A stretch of DNA of 64,000 nt from Fibrobacteria bacterium (GTDB lineage Bacteria > Fibrobacterota > Fibrobacteria > UBA11236 > JADFYW01): the NCBI GenBank assembly GCA_050294405.1, contig JBNKOC010000028.1, positions 96,001 to 160,000 on the forward strand. Direction: 5' to 3'. Positions 60,244 to 64,000 of this stretch are shown in pieces (positions within the stretch are counted from its first letter, which is position 1; the number at the start of each line of letters is the position of its first letter). Both the position numbers and the translations under genes were made by a program. Under the pieces are notes generated by a model. That model saw nothing but the letters and a program-made list of their open reading frames with translations, made no database searches and had not been told where the DNA came from.

Positions 60244-61680
60244 TTATTTTCTCCAGAACTCTTTGGAAAATAAAACCAGAACTGTAAAAAGTTCAAGACG
60301 GCCGGCTATCATGCAGAAAATTAAAATCCATTTGCCGGCATCGTGAATCTTGAAAAAATTATCGGCAGGGCCCACTTCTCCAAAACCGGGACCCACATTT
60401 CCTAGGCAGGTGGCCACAGAAGAAAATGATGTTAAGTGGTCATGGCCTAACATGGCTAATAGCAAGCCGCAAGTACCTAACATAAGAATGTATAGAATTA
60501 TAAATCCCATTACCCGCGCTATCATTGTCTCTTGTATAGTGGTTTTGCCCACTTTAATAAAATAAATGGCGTTGGGATGCAAAACTTGGGCAATCTGGGC
60601 CATAGCAAATTTAACGGCCACATATATGCGAATCACTTTAACCCCGCCACCTGTGGATCCCCCGCAGCCACCCACAAAAAGCAAAAGAAATAATAAGGCC
60701 TGGGAATAAGCCCCCCACAGTTCGTAGTTCGCAGTGGCGTAGCCTGTGGTGGTCACAAGGCTTACCACCTGGAAAATTCCTAATCGAAGGGAGTCTAAAC
60801 TATCGGGCCACCAACCTAATTGGTAGCTAATGGTTAAGGAACAAAACCCAATAATAAGGCTGTAAAAAACGAATTCCCGATTTTTAAAAAAGCCCCGGAT
60901 TCTTCCCGATACAAATAATCCGTAATGCAGTGAAAAGTTTGCGCCGCCAATAAACATAAACAGAATTACTATCCACTCAATGATATGGTTATCATAGGCG
61001 GCGATGCTGGCATTTTTGGTGGAAAACCCTCCCGTAGAAAGTGTGGTAAAAGCATGGCAAAATGCATCGAACCAATCCATACCAAAAATTTTTAGCAATA
61101 TGGCTTCGGCCAAGGTAAATAAAACATAAACCACCCATAAGATTTTGGCGGTGGCCTGAAGTCGTGGCATGAGTTTATCCGTAGAGGGGCCGGGCACTTC
61201 CGCCCGATACAACACAGCGCCCGAGGCTCCTAAAAGAGGCATAATGGCAAGGCTTAAAACAATGATTCCCATACCGCCCAGCCATTGGGTCAATGAACGC
61301 CAGAATAAAATGCTTTTGCTGAGCTCTTCAATATCCAAAAATATGGTGGCTCCTGTGGTGGTGAAGCCTGAGGTGGTTTCAAATACCGCATCGGTAATGG
61401 AGAGGTAACCAGACAAATAATAAGGAAGGGCGCCAAAGAGAGAAAAAAACAGCCAGCTCAACACCACAATGGCAATAGAGCTTTTCAATCGCATTTTTGG
61501 ATTCTTCGGGTTGATGCGGGAAAGTCCAAAACCCACTGCGGCACAAATGAGCAGGGAGATTCCAAAGCCCAGTACATCGGGCTCCTGGTAGTTCCAGGCA
61601 ATTGCAGTGGGTATCGCCAGTGAGATGGCGAGAATTAACAAAAGATATCCCTGGATTCGAAAAATTTGGGGGTAATTCAA
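60244..61680 (-). CDS. trkH: Trk system potassium uptake protein
   Basis: FETTSGFTTTGAT, QWLGGMG, STGGFS, TTTGY, GSTGGG.K, GNVGPG, GRLE. Confidence 0.95.
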   Translation of the reverse strand: MNYPQIFRIQGYLLLILAISLAIPTAIAWNYQEPDVLGFGISLLICAAVGFGLSRINPKNPKMRLKSSIAIVVLSWLFFSLFGALPYYLSGYLSITDAVFETTSGFTTTGATIFLDIEELSKSILFWRSLTQWLGGMGIIVLSLAIMPLLGASGAVLYRAEVPGPSTDKLMPRLQATAKILWVVYVLFTLAEAILLKIFGMDWFDAFCHAFTTLSTGGFSTKNASIAAYDNHIIEWIVILFMFIGGANFSLHYGLFVSGRIRGFFKNREFVFYSLIIGFCSLTISYQLGWWPDSLDSLRLGIFQVVSLVTTTGYATANYELWGAYSQALLFLLLFVGGCGGSTGGGVKVIRIYVAVKFAMAQIAQVLHPNAIYFIKVGKTTIQETMIARVMGFIILYILMLGTCGLLLAMLGHDHLTSFSSVATCLGNVGPGFGEVGPADNFFKIHDAGKWILIFCMIAGRLELFTVLVLFSKEFWRK

Positions 61681-61915
61681 AAAGTAAATTCCGTGGTGAT
61701 ATGGCCTATGAAATTATACAATTTCTCACTGTCCTTTTGAGGTCTCGTGGTCAAATTTATAAAAAGATGTTACTTTTCAGAACGTCCAGCATTTATTAAA
61801 TTCCTTTTCTCCCGGGTTATGATAGGAATAGGTCACTTGTGGATAGCAAAAGGTTTATAACCCTCTGGGCAATTTTAAGAATCAAATAGTATTAAATCCT
61901 TAGGAGGAACTGCAA

Positions 61916-62968
61916 ATGTCATTGATCAAAGGTCCTGCGATTTTTTTGGCGCAATTCGCCGGCGATGAAGCCCCTTACAACACCATTGAATCCATTACAG
62001 CATGGGCAAAAAGTATTGGATTTATAGGCGTTCAAATTCCATCCTGGGACAAAAGGTTATTTGATTTGGACAAAGCTGCCGAATCCAAAGCTTATTGTGA
62101 TGATTTTAAGGGCCGCTGCAATGGCCTTGCAGTAACAGAGCTCTCTTCCCACTTACAAGGCCAACTAGTGGCTTCTCACCCCGCTTATGACATTATGTTC
62201 GATGGCTTTGCTCCTGAGTCTTTACACAGAAATCCCAAAGCCAGAACCGAATGGGCAATTGCTGAAATGATAAAGGTTGTTAAAGCCGCCAAAAATCTGG
62301 AAGTTACGGCGGTACCCACTTTTTCAGGCGCATTGCTTTGGCACACTATGTATCCATGGCCACAACGCCCTGCCGGATTGGTGGAGTCTGGTTTTAAAGA
62401 ACTGGCCAAACGCTGGAAACCTATTTTAGACACCGCATCAGATTGCGGAATTGATTTGGCTTATGAAATACATCCCGGTGAAGATCTCCACGACGGCATT
62501 ACTTTTGAACGCTTTTTGGAAGCAACTGGTAACCATCCCCATGTGCATATTCTTTACGATCCCTCCCACTTTATATTGCAATGTATGGACTATTTGGGGT
62601 ATATAGATGTATACCACGAACATATTAAATGTTTTCATGTTAAAGATGCAGAATATAACCCTAGCGCCCGTGCTGGCGTATATGGCGGATATCAGGGCTG
62701 GGTGGAGCGTCCGGGGCGTTTTCGCAGTGTAGGCGATGGCCAGGTAGATTTTAAAGCTATCTTTACCAAACTAACCCAATACAAATTCAGCTCCTGGGCC
62801 GTTTTGGAATGGGAATGCTGCATTAAAGATCAGGAGCAAGGCGCTAAAGAAGGGGCCCAATTCATTAAGGAAATGCTTATTGATACCCCTAAGAAAGCCT
62901 TTGATGATTTTGCAGATTCAGGCGCGGACGAAGCAACCAATGCCTTGATTTTAGGAATTAATGCTTAG
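61916..62968 (+). CDS. Sugar phosphate isomerase/epimerase (TIM-barrel; putative 3-ketoglycoside eliminase)
   Basis: GPAIFLAQF, YEIHPGEDLHDG, YDPSH, FHVKDAE, WAVLEWECC; AGGAGG RBS. Confidence 0.85.
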   Translation: MSLIKGPAIFLAQFAGDEAPYNTIESITAWAKSIGFIGVQIPSWDKRLFDLDKAAESKAYCDDFKGRCNGLAVTELSSHLQGQLVASHPAYDIMFDGFAPESLHRNPKARTEWAIAEMIKVVKAAKNLEVTAVPTFSGALLWHTMYPWPQRPAGLVESGFKELAKRWKPILDTASDCGIDLAYEIHPGEDLHDGITFERFLEATGNHPHVHILYDPSHFILQCMDYLGYIDVYHEHIKCFHVKDAEYNPSARAGVYGGYQGWVERPGRFRSVGDGQVDFKAIFTKLTQYKFSSWAVLEWECCIKDQEQGAKEGAQFIKEMLIDTPKKAFDDFADSGADEATNALILGINA

Positions 62969-63018
62969 TCCATATGGGCTAGGCATCACTTTTGAAAAAG
63001 GATTGATAGGAGGATTTT

Positions 63019-64000
63019 GTGATAGAAGGAAGCGAATTTAACTCAGGATTGCGCAAGCTGCGCGCGGGAATTGTAGGCGGTGGAATTGGAGCGTTTATCG
63101 GTTCGGTACATCGTATGGCCAGCCAAATTGACGGGCAGGCAGAAATTGTAGCCGGGGCTATGTCCAGCGATCCCCAAAAAGCCAAGGATTCTGCACAGGC
63201 TTGGTTTTTACCTCGCTCGTACGGCTCTTTTAAGGAAATGGCCACAGAAGAAGCCAAAAGAGAAGACGGCATCGACTTTGTTATGGTATGTGTGCCTAAT
63301 GTGATGCACTTTCCTGTTGCCAAAGCTTTTCTAGAAGCTGGCATACATGTAATATGCGACAAGCCCATGACTTTTACTTTGGAAGAATCCGAAGAACTGG
63401 TTAAAATTGTGGAAGCATCTGGGAAGGTTTTCGCCCTAACCCATAACTATACCGGTTACCCTGCTGTAAGACAGGCAAGGCAAATGGTTCAGGATGGGGA
63501 GATTGGCGATGTTCGCAAAGTGATAGTGGAATACCTTCAGGATTGGTTGATGGAACCCCTGGAAGAACAGGGCCAAAAGCAAGCCGCCTGGCGCACAGAT
63601 CCTACCAAAGCCGGTATATCCAATTGTGTGGGCGATATCGGTACACATGGCGAAAATCTTTTGGAATACATTACGGGTGAAAAAATCAAAAGTTTATATG
63701 CGGATTTCACCACTTTTATTCCAGGGCGTTTGCTGGAAGATGATGCTAACATATTGTTGCATATGGAAAATGGCGGAAAAGGTATTTTAACTTGTTCGCA
63801 AATTGCGGCAGGTGAAGAAAACGCTCTTTCTATTCGAATATATGGCAGCAAAGCCGGTTTGGAATGGCATCAGCAGGAGCCCAATACATTGATTTTCAAA
63901 CCTGCCGGAAAACCCAAGCAAATTTATCGCACAGGTTTGGGATATATGGGGGCCCATGCCCAAGCATCCACCCGTATTCCTCCCGGACATCCCGAAGGAT
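63019..64000 (+). CDS. Gfo/Idh/MocA NAD-dependent oxidoreductase, partial, runs off the window end
   Basis: Not in the ORF track. AGGAGG RBS then GTG at 63019: MIEGSEFNSGLRKLRAGIVGGGIGAFIGSVHRMA...CDKP...HNYTGYP...GDIGTH. Confidence 0.9.
   Translation, partial: MIEGSEFNSGLRKLRAGIVGGGIGAFIGSVHRMASQIDGQAEIVAGAMSSDPQKAKDSAQAWFLPRSYGSFKEMATEEAKREDGIDFVMVCVPNVMHFPVAKAFLEAGIHVICDKPMTFTLEESEELVKIVEASGKVFALTHNYTGYPAVRQARQMVQDGEIGDVRKVIVEYLQDWLMEPLEEQGQKQAAWRTDPTKAGISNCVGDIGTHGENLLEYITGEKIKSLYADFTTFIPGRLLEDDANILLHMENGGKGILTCSQIAAGEENALSIRIYGSKAGLEWHQQEPNTLIFKPAGKPKQIYRTGLGYMGAHAQASTRIPPGHPEG

Noticed and set aside
62979..63990. Minus-strand ORFs at the window end
   Set aside because: Shadows of the plus-strand Gfo/Idh/MocA gene starting at 63019, which the track missed because it has no stop in the window

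Overview
A 64 kb, AT-rich, gene-dense bacterial chromosomal segment with about 58 CDS. It is plausibly from a Fibrobacterota-like organism; this is inferred from a TIGR02147-family gene with flanking lipoproteins and from FN3/FGE surface proteins, and is not proven. The left part holds an NrtR (Nudix) regulator with three clear palindromic operators, a 1421-aa multidomain surface lipoprotein, a MATE pump, a small unannotated YacG-like Zn-finger gene, an isolated eboA-eboB pair, an M48 protease, a WcaJ-like phosphoglycosyl transferase lacking its catalytic motifs, an FN3+FGE-like protein, an orphan flgG-like gene, murG, ClC, purB and a flavodoxin-less CysJ-like reductase. The middle (~26.3-47.2 kb) is a visibly AT-richer cell-surface glycan island with methyltransferases, PssD/PssE, three tandem HPr-kinase-like P-loop proteins, Wzx, GT2s, GT2+DUF2304, several GT-C-like membrane proteins, an internally deleted acyltransferase, a phosphoethanolamine transferase and GDPD. 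The right part holds trpBA, a lipoprotein-TIGR02147-lipoprotein unit, an Na/Pi transporter, a trkH-murD-J-domain-yihY-ctaA-nitroreductase run, and a sugar isomerase/eliminase plus Gfo/Idh/MocA pair. No rRNA, tRNA, CRISPR array, transposase, integrase or reverse transcriptase was recognised. The best candidate for an undescribed system is the triplet of HprK-like kinases translationally coupled inside the glycan operon. All calls come from motif recognition by eye; no database searches were run.
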